A stretch of DNA of 64,000 bases from an uncultured Candidatus Saccharibacteria bacterium (GTDB lineage Bacteria; Patescibacteriota; Dojkabacteria; J137): NCBI GenBank assembly GCA_964561155.1, contig CAZLOI010000002.1, positions 89,629 through 153,628 on the forward strand, given 5' to 3'. Below, in pieces: positions 1 through 10,219 of the stretch. The translations under genes were made by a program, and so were the position numbers. Below the pieces are notes generated by a model. That model searched no databases. It saw only the letters and a program-made list of their open reading frames with translations, and was not told the origin of the DNA. How positions within the stretch are numbered: position 1 is the first letter of the stretch; the number at the start of each line of letters is the position of its first letter.

Positions 1-358
1 CATCTTCCTCTTCACTGGATTTAATTCAAGAGACGAAGAAGGTACAAATCCTTTGGCTGTAATATTCGCTATAGTTGTAGCCCCACTTGCATCTTCCTTA
101 ATTCAATTCGCAATATCTAGAAACAGGGAATATTCTGCAGACGAAGCAGCTGCTTTCTATACAAAGAAACCAGAGTCTCTAGCCAATGCTTTAATAAAGA
201 TAGAGCAACTGGTACAGAGATACCCAATGAATGTTAACCCTGCTTTGAGTAGCCTATACATTCAGAATCCTTTCGGAGGAAGAGCTGTTATGGAGCTATT
301 CTCTACACATCCTTCAACTGAAAAGAGAGTAGAGAAACTGCTAAGTATGCAGGTGTAA
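1..358 (+). CDS. htpX: HtpX-like M48 zinc metalloprotease, C-terminal part (5' end lies outside the window; the track start at 53 is a TTG inside an open frame)
   Basis: The frame is open from nt 2 and carries the characteristic HtpX C-terminus ...AISRNREYSADEAAA...ALIKIEQ...STHPSTEKRVEKL. Confidence 0.7.
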   Translation, partial: IFLFTGFNSRDEEGTNPLAVIFAIVVAPLASSLIQFAISRNREYSADEAAAFYTKKPESLANALIKIEQLVQRYPMNVNPALSSLYIQNPFGGRAVMELFSTHPSTEKRVEKLLSMQV

Positions 359-399
359 AAGAGTTGTGGTTACTTTAATTGCTTCAATTGTTTTGATTG

Positions 400-1197
400 C
401 TATATCTGTATTTCCTTCTGCTTAAACACTCGGTACGAAAGAATAGATACTACTATTGTGAAGATAACCAGAACTATCATTCTTTCAGGATGTAGAGAGT
501 CTATAACCGATGTATTCTCTAGATCTAAGTAGAAGTATGGAGTTAGGTATTTAAGAAACTCAGGGCCTCCTTCTACTCTAGAAATGGTATCTACTATAAA
601 CCCTATGATTGTTAATCCAAGAACGGAGAATACAGCCATAGTTTCATTTTTAACAACACCTATTAGTAATCCTATTGATGAAAATACTAATTGAACAATT
701 AATGCTCCTAAGAAAGATGCTGCAAAGAAACTAATACTTACGTTGTCTTCTGTAGTAAATAGAGAAATAGAAACCAGAGTTACCACAAACGCTACTAGGT
801 TAATTAATATCATGTTGATTAAGAATGTAGAAAGCTTACCTAGGTAGATATTAAGCCTAGTTATGTTTCTAACAAATAACATTGTAATATTCTTGTTGTT
901 TATTTCCTTTCCAGTAATTCCTGCAATAGTAGCTGCACCCCATACAGAGTTCATAATAATAAAGAGGAAGAGAAACCTTCCATTAAAATATCCTTCGATA
1001 TCTGTGAATGAACTTGTACCAAATGCCTTCAATAGTTCTGGCGGAAGTGATTCTGTTAAGGATTTAATTGCCTCGGCACTTGATTTAACTGTTTCAAAGA
1101 AACCCATTAGGAATGCACACAAAGCACCAATTATAGATGCCCAAATAAAGACATTTCTAAAACTCTTTTTGAATTCAAACTTAATAACTTCTATCAT
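400..1197 (-). CDS. ABC-2 family transporter permease
   Basis: A polytopic hydrophobic protein whose stop overlaps the upstream ABC ATPase start by 4 nt. Confidence 0.6.
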   Translation of the reverse strand: MIEVIKFEFKKSFRNVFIWASIIGALCAFLMGFFETVKSSAEAIKSLTESLPPELLKAFGTSSFTDIEGYFNGRFLFLFIIMNSVWGAATIAGITGKEINNKNITMLFVRNITRLNIYLGKLSTFLINMILINLVAFVVTLVSISLFTTEDNVSISFFAASFLGALIVQLVFSSIGLLIGVVKNETMAVFSVLGLTIIGFIVDTISRVEGGPEFLKYLTPYFYLDLENTSVIDSLHPERMIVLVIFTIVVSILSYRVFKQKEIQI

Positions 1198-2081
1198 GAT
1201 TTATAATTCTTAAGAAATATCTCTTCTAGTGTTAGCTTTGCTACAAAGAAACTAAAGTAATTATTCTCTACAAATAAACTAATAACTTCCTTTGCACTAG
1301 TTGTTAGGAACTCATAATCTTCGTGTCCAACATTCTTAAACAAAGATACATGATCTAGTTTCTTAAGCTTTAGAAGTAATTCTTTTGGAATATCTTCAAC
1401 AAGAATCTTTCTATGATCGTTACTTAATACTTCTTTTCTTGTTGCAGTTGTTACTATCCTTGCATCTTTAATCATAACTATAGTATCTGCGATCTTCTCA
1501 ACTTCATTAAGAATGTGTGAAGAGAGTAGAACACTACCTCCTTTTTCTTTAACTTCAAGAATATCTTCGAATAACCTAGACTGAATTATTGGATCGAGAC
1601 TATTTGAAGGCTCATCCATTATTAAAAGAGTTGGATTATTTAGAAAACAATTTACAATCCCAACTTTCTTTTTGTTGCCAAGAGATAGTTGAGAGAACTT
1701 CTTTGTAATATCAAGCTCATACCTCTCGGAAAGTTCCTTAACTCTTTTTGTATTTAGACCAGAAAGTTTTGCAGAATAGTTTAATACACTTTCAATACGA
1801 ACATCATAGAATGCAGGTTCTCCAGGAAGGAATCCAATCCTATCTATATGTTTAAGTCGAGTACTTTCTGAATCCATAGTCTCTCCAAACATCTCTACAC
1901 TTCCTTTGTCAGCAACAGCAAGATTCATGATAAGTTTCATTGTTGTTGTCTTACCAGCTCCGTTGGGACCTAAGAAACCAATAATCTCTCCTTCTTTAAG
2001 GTCGATATTTATATCTAGAGCACCTCTGCCCATTCCGTAGTCTTTAGTTAATTCAATTGTTTTAAGTACAGATTTCTTCAT
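1194..2081 (-). CDS. ABC transporter ATP-binding protein
   Basis: Walker A GPNGAGKTTT, signature LSLGNKKKV and Walker B LLIMDEPSNSLD. Confidence 0.85.
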   Translation of the reverse strand: MKKSVLKTIELTKDYGMGRGALDINIDLKEGEIIGFLGPNGAGKTTTMKLIMNLAVADKGSVEMFGETMDSESTRLKHIDRIGFLPGEPAFYDVRIESVLNYSAKLSGLNTKRVKELSERYELDITKKFSQLSLGNKKKVGIVNCFLNNPTLLIMDEPSNSLDPIIQSRLFEDILEVKEKGGSVLLSSHILNEVEKIADTIVMIKDARIVTTATRKEVLSNDHRKILVEDIPKELLLKLKKLDHVSLFKNVGHEDYEFLTTSAKEVISLFVENNYFSFFVAKLTLEEIFLKNYKS

Positions 2082-2141
2082 ATTCGATATTTTACCTTAA
2101 TAACAATGTGCTGCATATACCTAGTCAGATAATCAATATGA

Positions 2142-3791
2142 CTAACGCTTTGTTCCAGCTTTAATTAATTCTAGGAACAATGGGTGCGCTTTAAGCAGGT
2201 AACTTTTATACTCAGGGTGAGCTTGAGTTCCTACAAAGAATGGATGTATCTTACGATCAAGTTCGATAAATTCAACTAGTTCTCCATCTACAGATGTTCC
2301 TGATATCCTCATACCATTCTTTTCAAACTCATCTCTATATACGTTATTAAATTCATATCTGTGCCTGTGCCTTTCAGATATTATAGACTTCTTTACATTC
2401 TTAAAAGCGTCATGCTTCTTGTACACATTAAATACAGTAGAGCCTTCTTTAAGTACACAATCCCATCCTCCAAGCCTTATAGTTCCTCCATATTGTTGCT
2501 TAGCCAAATATTCCTTTTGATTAGGCATTATATGAATAACATTGTTTTTGGTCTTCGCATCAATCTCTTCGGAGTTTGCATCTTTGTAACCTAGAACATT
2601 TCTAGCAAATTCTATAGCCGCCATCTGCATTCCGTAACATAGCCCTAAGTATGGAATCTTATTCTTACGTACATATTCAATAGCTTTAATCTTTCCTTCG
2701 CTACCTCGACTTCCCCAACCTTGAGGAACTATTACGCAGTCCAAGTCATTAAGTTCAGAAAGTTTTGATTTATCCTTTTCAAATACATCTGAAGCAATCA
2801 TTCTAATCTCTGGTTTAACTCCAAGCTCTCCCGCTGCATGCTTTATAGCTTCAAGAACTGATATGTATGTATCTAAGTGTGCAGTACTTCCATGAGTAAT
2901 GTACTTCCCAATTATTCCAATCTTTACATGTTTCTTTGAAGACTTTAATGTCTTAACAAAACTAGCAAGATCATCTACGTTTGATTTCTTAAGTTTCAAA
3001 TTAAATTTAGCAAGTACTTTCTTATCAAACTCTTCGTTATGGAATCTTAACGGTATTTCGTAGATACTTTCTAAATCTGGGTTATCTATAATATTAGTAA
3101 CATCAACGAAGCATCTCTTCGAAATGCTTTCCTTTCTTGGTTCATCTATTGGAATCTCGTTTCTAGTTATTATAAAGTCAGGAATGATTCCTACCTGTCT
3201 TAAGTTTGCCACAGCGTGCTGTGTTGGTTTTGTTTTTAATTCTCCAACAGATTTCAAGAAAGGAAGATAGGTAACCATAATGTAGATTGCTTCGTTTTCT
3301 TTCCCCATCTCTCTTGCAGCATGCAGGAAAGGAAGATTCTCTACATCTCCTGTTGTACCTCCTATTTCAACCATTACGAAGTCTTCATCGGTAATATTTT
3401 CTCTAATCATTGTTTTAATCTCATTTATCATATCTGGGAATATCTCTACATCGCGTCCTCCATAGCTCATTTGCCTTTCTTTGTTTATGATTCTTTCATA
3501 TACCTTTCCTGAAGTAATGTTGTTTCGTTTAGAAAATGTATGGTGAAGAAAGCGCTCGTAGTTACCTAAATCTTGATCAATTTCTCCTCCATCTTCTGTA
3601 ACATAGACTTCTCCGTGTTCTGCTGGACGCATTAGTCCTGCATCGATGTTTAGGTATGGATCAATCTTTACTGCAGTTACTTTGTAGCCTTGTTCTTTGA
3701 GAAGATATCCAATGGAAGCTGTAGCGATTCCTTTGCCTACGCCAGAGAGTACTCCACCGCATACAAATATAAATTTAGGATTTTTCGACAT
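2142..3791 (-). CDS. pyrG: CTP synthase
   Basis: N-terminus KFIFVCGGVLSGVGKGIATASIGYLLK; a glutamine amidotransferase C-terminal domain (GLCYGMQ); 549 aa. Confidence 0.95.
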   Translation of the reverse strand: MSKNPKFIFVCGGVLSGVGKGIATASIGYLLKEQGYKVTAVKIDPYLNIDAGLMRPAEHGEVYVTEDGGEIDQDLGNYERFLHHTFSKRNNITSGKVYERIINKERQMSYGGRDVEIFPDMINEIKTMIRENITDEDFVMVEIGGTTGDVENLPFLHAAREMGKENEAIYIMVTYLPFLKSVGELKTKPTQHAVANLRQVGIIPDFIITRNEIPIDEPRKESISKRCFVDVTNIIDNPDLESIYEIPLRFHNEEFDKKVLAKFNLKLKKSNVDDLASFVKTLKSSKKHVKIGIIGKYITHGSTAHLDTYISVLEAIKHAAGELGVKPEIRMIASDVFEKDKSKLSELNDLDCVIVPQGWGSRGSEGKIKAIEYVRKNKIPYLGLCYGMQMAAIEFARNVLGYKDANSEEIDAKTKNNVIHIMPNQKEYLAKQQYGGTIRLGGWDCVLKEGSTVFNVYKKHDAFKNVKKSIISERHRHRYEFNNVYRDEFEKNGMRISGTSVDGELVEFIELDRKIHPFFVGTQAHPEYKSYLLKAHPLFLELIKAGTKR

Positions 3792-3907
3792 AGTTGAGGA
3801 TGTTAAAACTATGTATTTAATCCTATTAAAGTTTAGGTCTTTTGAACAGGTGCTATAGTAAATATTTTTAATGGAAAGCTCGTATTCGCTATAACTGTTG
3901 TATAATC

Positions 3908-4555
3908 TTGGTTATGTCAGACAACAGTTTAGATCAACAACAAAACCTATTAACTTTATTACCTGCTAGAAAGGTTAGCTTGTCTCCTGAAGACAGAGAG
4001 ATTGAAACTTCGAAGCTTGTAGCTTTGCTTAAGGATGTAAACGCACATTTACAAGAAACTCAAGGTCTTCATCATTACGATTGGTACACAGAGAATGAAG
4101 GTATGAGGGTTAAAGAGAAGATTGCCAAAGGTAATACGTATATTATTGAATCAGAGAGCGGAGAAGTTATTGCTGCTTTTTCTATTGGAAGAGAAAAGCT
4201 ATTGTACCCAGGAGATGCTCAGTTCGATGACCGAGAAGCATATTATCTTTCTTTGATATGTGTTTCTCCAAAGTATCAAGGACATGGTATTGGATCTAAA
4301 CTACTTAAAAGCATTGAAAGCATTATTGCAATTGATGTTAAAACAAGAGGAGACGATAGATACTTGATTCGTTTTGATGCAAGACAGGAGTATGAGGAAC
4401 TAATTAAGTTCTATAAGAAAAGAGACTATGTTGAGATCGGTACTGTTACTGAGGACGAAGGTGAGCATTATATTCTTTTTGAGAAACTCACTTATATTCC
4501 AGATATTCCTCAACCATATAAGAAGTATCATCTCCCACAATCAAAGGAAGCTTGA
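3908..4555 (+). CDS. GNAT-family N-acetyltransferase with N-terminal extension
   Basis: An acetyl-CoA binding-like motif YQGHGIGSKLL lies in the C-terminal half. Confidence 0.45.
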   Translation: MVMSDNSLDQQQNLLTLLPARKVSLSPEDREIETSKLVALLKDVNAHLQETQGLHHYDWYTENEGMRVKEKIAKGNTYIIESESGEVIAAFSIGREKLLYPGDAQFDDREAYYLSLICVSPKYQGHGIGSKLLKSIESIIAIDVKTRGDDRYLIRFDARQEYEELIKFYKKRDYVEIGTVTEDEGEHYILFEKLTYIPDIPQPYKKYHLPQSKEA

Positions 4556-4590
4556 AGTCGAGTTAGCTAGTTAGTAGTTATATATCTTCC

Positions 4591-5043
4591 CTAGTTCTCA
4601 CAGATTTGAGTTTCTGAAGTGTACTTTTGTGTAAAGCTAAATTCATTCTCTGAACCGATGCATTCCTTCAATTGTTGTTCCCAAAGTTTCTTTAATGCCC
4701 AACCTAGTTTCCCGACTGTAACTAGTTCTTCACTATCTAGGGTTTTATATTGTAATTGTAGATCCAACATTTCAAGTAGCATTGCCATTTTTGTTCTTCT
4801 TTCGTCTGGATTCAAATACTTAGCTCGTATTTGAAGTATTTCAATTAGCATTCTATATCCTTGTGGTGTAAGGGAGCTAATGTCGTATTCAATTAGGTGT
4901 TGTGGGTGTACTGATTTCAACCATTCTATTATTTCGTTGGATGTATTGCTTTCTGTTTCTGCTTTGTCGAAGTATTGGTTATTTTGCATATTAGTTGAAT
5001 TTCTCTTTGTCTTTGAATTCATTTGACCAAGAGAATGCAGCAC
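4591..5043 (-). CDS. hypothetical protein (true start is probably the internal Met near 4989, just after the stop of the upstream ORF)
   Basis: A long ORF that overlaps 4991..5344 by 53 nt in another frame, with no recognisable domain. Confidence 0.35.
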   Translation of the reverse strand: MLHSLGQMNSKTKRNSTNMQNNQYFDKAETESNTSNEIIEWLKSVHPQHLIEYDISSLTPQGYRMLIEILQIRAKYLNPDERRTKMAMLLEMLDLQLQYKTLDSEELVTVGKLGWALKKLWEQQLKECIGSENEFSFTQKYTSETQICEN

Positions 5044-5344
5044 GTTTTGCGAATTGAATAGCTACTTTTAGGTGTTCGAATGATAGTCCTTTGTCTTTAC
5101 ATTTTTTAGCTATGTGTCTCCACATTCTTCTTTCAACACTTTCTTCAAGACAGTATGGGTACTGCGATCTTAGTTCAAGTATGTATATTATGAAGTATGC
5201 AATTCTTGGGTCTTCTACCTTCTGATATATTAGGTCCTGTAGTTGAGGTGGAACTACGTTACTTGTACCATTTTCTACTATGTTTTGTATCTTCTGGTCG
5301 TACCAGTTTAGTATTCTATTTGTATTGTTTCCATTACTATCCAT
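4991..5344 (-). CDS. hypothetical protein
   Basis: An ORF with no recognisable motif. Confidence 0.35.
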   Translation of the reverse strand: MDSNGNNTNRILNWYDQKIQNIVENGTSNVVPPQLQDLIYQKVEDPRIAYFIIYILELRSQYPYCLEESVERRMWRHIAKKCKDKGLSFEHLKVAIQFAKRAAFSWSNEFKDKEKFN

Positions 5345-5408
5345 GCACGGATTATATCAAACCTGTCTATATTTGAAAGGTTTTATGTTAAAATTACACG
5401 ACGATTAT

Positions 5409-5485
5409 GGTGGCCATAGCTCAGTCGGTAGAGCGCCAGTTTGTGGAACTGGATGTCGTGGGTTCGAGCCCCACTGGCTACCCCA
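5409..5485 (+). tRNA. tRNA-His (anticodon GTG) with encoded G-1 and 3' CCA
   Basis: G-1 then a GTGGCCA/TGGCTAC acceptor stem with one G-U pair; D-arm AGCTCAGTCGGTAGAGC; anticodon stem CCAGT/ACTGG with loop TTGTGGA (anticodon GTG); T-arm GTGGGTTCGAGCCCCAC; discriminator C73 pairing with G-1; CCA encoded. It is close to bacterial tRNA-His. Confidence 0.9.
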
Positions 5486-7100
5486 TTTGAATAACCCCCA
5501 TTTTTCCGTAAGTTTTGAAAGGCTCATTAAGCTCATAGGATATGACTTTACCTCCCTTTATAACAAAGTTTAAAAACACATTTCTGACTAGTTGATCAAT
5601 TAGGTGTAAATCTCTGGTTGATTTGATTACCTGTTCAGCATTATCAAAGGAGTTTAAGAAATTTTCATAAGGTATAATATTCTCGTTGCTATTTGCTTCA
5701 AGTCTGATTTTTTGTTCTTCTAATTTCTCTCTTTCAATATTCAATTCATAAATCTCATCACTAGTCTTTTTAATTTGACCATTAATTGGTTCAGCTTTAC
5801 TTGGCTCAATATTTCTTAAAGAATCAGCCAAAGCATCTAATCTATTTTTCAAGTTTTCGATCTTATTGTTGATATTTGATAGAGTTGAGTTAATAGACTC
5901 TGCTTGAGTTCCCCTAACCTGTGAATAATCATTCTTGAAATTCTCATATAATTCTTTGGTGATATTCAATTTAGATGAGATTACTTCAATTATAAAATCC
6001 ATTAGAACTTTACCTCTTATTGCGGATTTAATGCGTCGATTTTTATTTGAAATACATTCTTCGTCACTACAACCAACATAATAATACCGTTCACCTGTCT
6101 TGCTTCTAGCTTTGTAAGGAGTCATGTAATGATTACAATAGCCACACTTTGCCATTTTCTTGAATAACACATTTTTTATCTCCTGAGTTGGGTTAAATGC
6201 TCTTCGACCATCTATAGTTTCTCTAACATTAATAAACTCCTTAAATGTAATCATAGGCTCAAATTTGGGGTCTAGAGCTTTAAGATCAATGACATTATCC
6301 CCATGAATAAATATTCCCGCATAGAAAGGATCGGCAAATACCCGAGAACGTGTTGTGTCATTTAAATTTTTATATCCATTGTCGAATAGATATTTGCTAA
6401 TCATTCCAAGGGTTTTTCCTTCTGCAAGCATTAACCATGAGTTTCTGAAAATAGGGAAGAATTTAGGATCAGGTCTGTAAAATTTATCTACAATTTGATA
6501 ACCATGTTTTAATTTACCCATTGATTTTCCCTCACCAACCGTTCTATCGCTTCCTCTTGTAGTGTTAACTGAAATTCCATCCGAGTAATTCTTAGCCAAG
6601 ACAAATTGAATACCTAATGCCATTTTTCCACTTGGATCATTATTAAATGTGTATGATGAAAACTTTAAATCAGCTATCTTGCCTTCATCTAGCATATCAA
6701 TAATTACGCCTGCATCTCGCATATTTCGGGCTAGACGGTCTGGATGCCATGAAAGAATACTATTATATAGTTTGCCCTCTTCAATAGTCTTTAAAACTTC
6801 AGCAAATACACTTCGCATATTGGATTTATGGGCTGTTTCTTTCTCCTCTAAAATTCCATAAACCTTTAGATTATTGCGTATCGCAAATTCTTTACATTCC
6901 GCAATTTGATCGGCAACTGACCTTTCTTGTTTATCTTTACCTTTGGTAGAACGACGAGCATAAATTATATAAGTTTTCTCAACTTCAGTATTCACAATCC
7001 CTCGTCTAATTAGGTTTGAAGCTTTTAAAATGTTTGCATATTCTAAAACTTTTTCTTTATAGAAGTCTCTATCTTCGAATTGTTGTGAAATATTGCTCAT
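5478..7100 (-). mobile_element. large serine recombinase (integrase); the C-terminal codons overlap the tRNA-His 3' end
   Basis: An N-terminal resolvase domain with the catalytic Ser in YARRSTKGKDKQERSVADQ and SWHPDRLARN; a recombinase domain; a zinc ribbon CGYCNHY...YYVGCSDEEC; and a C-terminal coiled coil (LKNRLDALADSL). 540 aa. Confidence 0.88.
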
Positions 7101-7119
7101 GAGCAGATATTATCATTCT

Positions 7120-7311
7120 TTACAGGAAAAAAGCACCCTTTGCATCTTTAAGAATATATGGATTTTTAGAAGAAGTTTTCGGAAGAGAATTTCTATTTAC
7201 TTTGATAGACTTAATGCTTTGAAATGTTGAAATGACCTCAAAAAGAGATAATTGTTTTAAATTATTCTTAATTATTCTTTTAGTTTTTGGCTTTGAATTT
7301 TTGACCTTCAT
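7120..7311 (-). CDS. small basic protein upstream of the recombinase, a possible recombination directionality factor
   Basis: 63 aa and Lys/Arg rich (KPKTKRIIKNNLKQ), sitting 20 nt upstream of the recombinase start on the same strand. Confidence 0.25.
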   Translation of the reverse strand: MKVKNSKPKTKRIIKNNLKQLSLFEVISTFQSIKSIKVNRNSLPKTSSKNPYILKDAKGAFFL

Positions 7312-7381
7312 TATGCCTTAGTTTATGCAAAAAGCATGAAACTATCTTTTTTGAAGGGAGATAAAGGGATTTAAGGGGAGA

Positions 7382-8020
7382 TTATAGTGTTATTGGATTT
7401 TTAAATTTTATTGAGGATGTCTTATCACTAATATCAAAAAAAGCAGCCTTTAAACCACGTCTGAAGCCCAAATTTTCTACTATTTTATCGAAGCTTTGAG
7501 TAATTTCCTTATGAGTTTCTTCTTCTATTTCCTTTTTAGAAAATAGTTTATTTGGATTGTCATAAAGGAATATAAAAATAGCTTCATTAGTTCCGCCAAA
7601 ATCGGGTTTAGCAATGTCTATTTTTCCGTTCAACATTATTCTTCTATCTGAGTTAAATTCAATAAAAAAGTTATTAATTGCTGGTAATTTCTCCTCACTA
7701 AGGTATTGCTTATGCTTCAAAAACTCTTTTTCAAAGTAATCCACTTCAATATTACTCACCTCAATATAGTTTTCTGGTTGACCAATGTGAAGATAAAACG
7801 ATTTGAGAATAGGAGAGGGTTTACCAATATACACATTTTCAACTTTTAGCTTGTGAAGGTTTTGAAACTGAATCAATATATCTCTTATTTCATGTTCTTC
7901 TATGGAATTGAGAGGTCTTTTCTCAGTAAAAAGTATAAACTTTCTATTCTCAATGTGTAATTTCTTAGCCTCAAGAATTGAATGAATTATAATGGCTTTC
8001 TTTTCTTCATACATCAACAT
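7382..8020 (-). CDS. hypothetical protein (island cargo)
   Basis: A 212 aa ORF with no recognisable domain. Confidence 0.4.
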   Translation of the reverse strand: MLMYEEKKAIIIHSILEAKKLHIENRKFILFTEKRPLNSIEEHEIRDILIQFQNLHKLKVENVYIGKPSPILKSFYLHIGQPENYIEVSNIEVDYFEKEFLKHKQYLSEEKLPAINNFFIEFNSDRRIMLNGKIDIAKPDFGGTNEAIFIFLYDNPNKLFSKKEIEEETHKEITQSFDKIVENLGFRRGLKAAFFDISDKTSSIKFKNPITL

Positions 8021-8111
8021 AATCTATTTTTTAAAAACATTGAATTATACTTCTGATTAGAAATATAGCGCAAATCATAGTAGAATCAATCAATAATTTC
8101 GAATTTATAAA

Positions 8112-8390
8112 ATGGGTAAAAATCAAGGACTGAACAATTTAACTAAAGGTTTTAATAGAAGGCTAACTCAAAGTGAAGTTTCTAGAGGTTATCTTTTTAT
8201 TTCAAAAGATAGAGCAATATTGAAGATTTTAGACGAGGGCTTTAAAGTTAGAATAGGAGAGATTGAGCTGAAGAATAAAAAATTGGATAGTTCAGGAAGA
8301 ATCACTATTGGGAAGGTGTTATCTTCAAAACTTGCAGAAAAAGAAATTAGACTGAAATTAGAGAAGAATAATCTTCTTATAACGTATTGA
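8112..8390 (+). CDS. small hypothetical protein, possibly AbrB/MazE-like
   Basis: 92 aa; GRITIGKVL resembles a swapped-hairpin DNA-binding motif. It is the only plus-strand gene in the island. Confidence 0.25.
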   Translation: MGKNQGLNNLTKGFNRRLTQSEVSRGYLFISKDRAILKILDEGFKVRIGEIELKNKKLDSSGRITIGKVLSSKLAEKEIRLKLEKNNLLITY

Positions 8391-8413
8391 TATTTCAATA
8401 CTCACAATTATAA

Positions 8414-9175
8414 TCATGTATTCTGAGATTTGAATAACTCCACTGGGTTTATTTTAAATTGAAGCATTTTTGCTGACTCTCTTCCTCCGTCACCACCTTT
8501 TCGTTGCATAGTGATTTTTCCAATTCTTAAATTCCCTTGCTTTGTAATTGTCACATCTCCATTTCCAAACAAATTTAGTGCATGATTTATAGATTTTAAT
8601 GTCCATTTTGTAGTTTCATCTATTTTCAAAGCTACCATCATCCACCCCGCAGATAATTTTCCTCTTCCTTTTATAATATCGCTGACAATAAGAAATTTAT
8701 TTTCTGTGAAGAAGTCTAGAATATCATTCCTCACATCTTCATTTAATTCATCCAAGAACATTCTTCGTGAGTCTCTTACATCTGTTTTATTTGGTGCAAG
8801 CTCACCAGTAAAGTATTTTAAACCTGTTGCAATACTCTCAGGTAAAGTCCACATTTCAATATATTTCTCTACTTTCCTTTTATCTATTTGATTGAATCCC
8901 TGAGGATTGCTCACTAATTTAATAGAGATATTTTCTGCAGAAATTGCCTCTTTCAAAAAAATAGAAATTTGAACTTGAACGTCAGTTTTAAATCCATGAA
9001 TTTTAATCGCAAGTATCTTCTCAATCTCTTCAAGTTTGTAGCCCATTATAGATAACCACTCTTTGGCGTCTTCATCTTCTACCCAATTATTAAATTTTTC
9101 AACAATATCATCTTCATTACTAAAACCTGCCTTTGCAGTTTTTGAACCTAGTAGAATTAAGTCTTTTGTGTCCAT
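8414..9175 (-). CDS. candidate Type II restriction endonuclease (partner of the adjacent m5C methyltransferase)
   Basis: 253 aa, placed immediately downstream of the methyltransferase with its start abutting the methyltransferase stop. No recognisable family; the call rests on position alone. Confidence 0.4.
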   Translation of the reverse strand: MDTKDLILLGSKTAKAGFSNEDDIVEKFNNWVEDEDAKEWLSIMGYKLEEIEKILAIKIHGFKTDVQVQISIFLKEAISAENISIKLVSNPQGFNQIDKRKVEKYIEMWTLPESIATGLKYFTGELAPNKTDVRDSRRMFLDELNEDVRNDILDFFTENKFLIVSDIIKGRGKLSAGWMMVALKIDETTKWTLKSINHALNLFGNGDVTITKQGNLRIGKITMQRKGGDGGRESAKMLQFKINPVELFKSQNT

Positions 9176-10156
9176 TTAATTTAAAGTAAGAATTATTTGT
9201 TGAAATATATTTTTTAAAACATTTATTGCCACACTATTTCCGAACTGCTTATAAGCTTGCGATTTACTTACTACAATTTTATAGTCCTTTGGGAAACCCA
9301 TAATATTTGCACATTCCCTAGGGCTTAGTTTTCTAATTTTACCATCAACTAAGTAAGCACCTGTTTTACTGGCAATCCCACCACCATGAGCCGACAAAGT
9401 GATTGCATGCCCTAAATCGCTGTAAATTCGTTCACCTTGACCTCCATTATTAATTGTTCCTAATCTTATAGGTTTTTGTGGGTAATTGCCAAAAATATCT
9501 GGTTCTACCGCTTTATCATTCATTTTAATTCTTATATCTGTTCTTGTAATTTCATATGGACTATTATCATCATTCAATTCTAAATAATCTCTTAGCTTAG
9601 TATTAATATTAAGAGGGGAGGGAAATTTAAATTCTTCTACTCCTAAATCTTTTCTAAATCCAATAATATAAATTCTTTCTCTTGTAGTTGGCAATCCATA
9701 ATCTCCTGCATTTAAAACTTGATGAAAGACATTATAATTTAATTCCTTGAGGGTATTAGTCACGGTTTCTAAAGTTTTTCCATTATCATGTTTTGCAAAG
9801 TTTTTAACATTTTCTAAAAATAACACTTCTGGTTTATGGTGTTTTACAATTCTCGCAACATCAAAAAAGAGAGTACCTCGTGTATCGTTAAATCCCAATC
9901 TTTTGCCCGAAATACTGAAAGCTTGACAAGGAAAGCCACCACATAAAATGGAATGCTTAGGAATAGTTTTTTCGTCTACTTTCGTAATATCCCCATCAGG
10001 AGTTTCGCCAAAGTTTGCTTGATAAGTTGTTTGTGCCTGTTTATCCCACTCATTTGAATATACACATTCAAGACCAAAAGAATCTAATGCTATTCGGAAG
10101 CCCCCTATACCTGCAAATAGGTCGATATATTTAGCTTTTTTAACATCAAATTTCAT
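9176..10156 (-). CDS. DNA (cytosine-5)-methyltransferase
   Basis: Motif I FAGIGGF, motif IV GGFPCQAFS, motif VI FLENVKNF and motif X QFGNSV. Confidence 0.9.
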   Translation of the reverse strand: MKFDVKKAKYIDLFAGIGGFRIALDSFGLECVYSNEWDKQAQTTYQANFGETPDGDITKVDEKTIPKHSILCGGFPCQAFSISGKRLGFNDTRGTLFFDVARIVKHHKPEVLFLENVKNFAKHDNGKTLETVTNTLKELNYNVFHQVLNAGDYGLPTTRERIYIIGFRKDLGVEEFKFPSPLNINTKLRDYLELNDDNSPYEITRTDIRIKMNDKAVEPDIFGNYPQKPIRLGTINNGGQGERIYSDLGHAITLSAHGGGIASKTGAYLVDGKIRKLSPRECANIMGFPKDYKIVVSKSQAYKQFGNSVAINVLKNIFQQIILTLN

Positions 10157-10219
10157 ATGGATTTATATTACGTATAACAAAGAATTATACATTATAATAT
10201 TTAAATAAATTCTAGAGGT

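Noticed and set aside
4591-5344. The 53-nt overlap between ORFs 4991..5344 and 4591..5043 as a possible frameshifted single gene
   Set aside because: An internal Met (about 4989) in the downstream ORF gives a start right at the stop of the upstream ORF, so two adjacent genes is the simpler reading. The two have no recognisable domain continuity.
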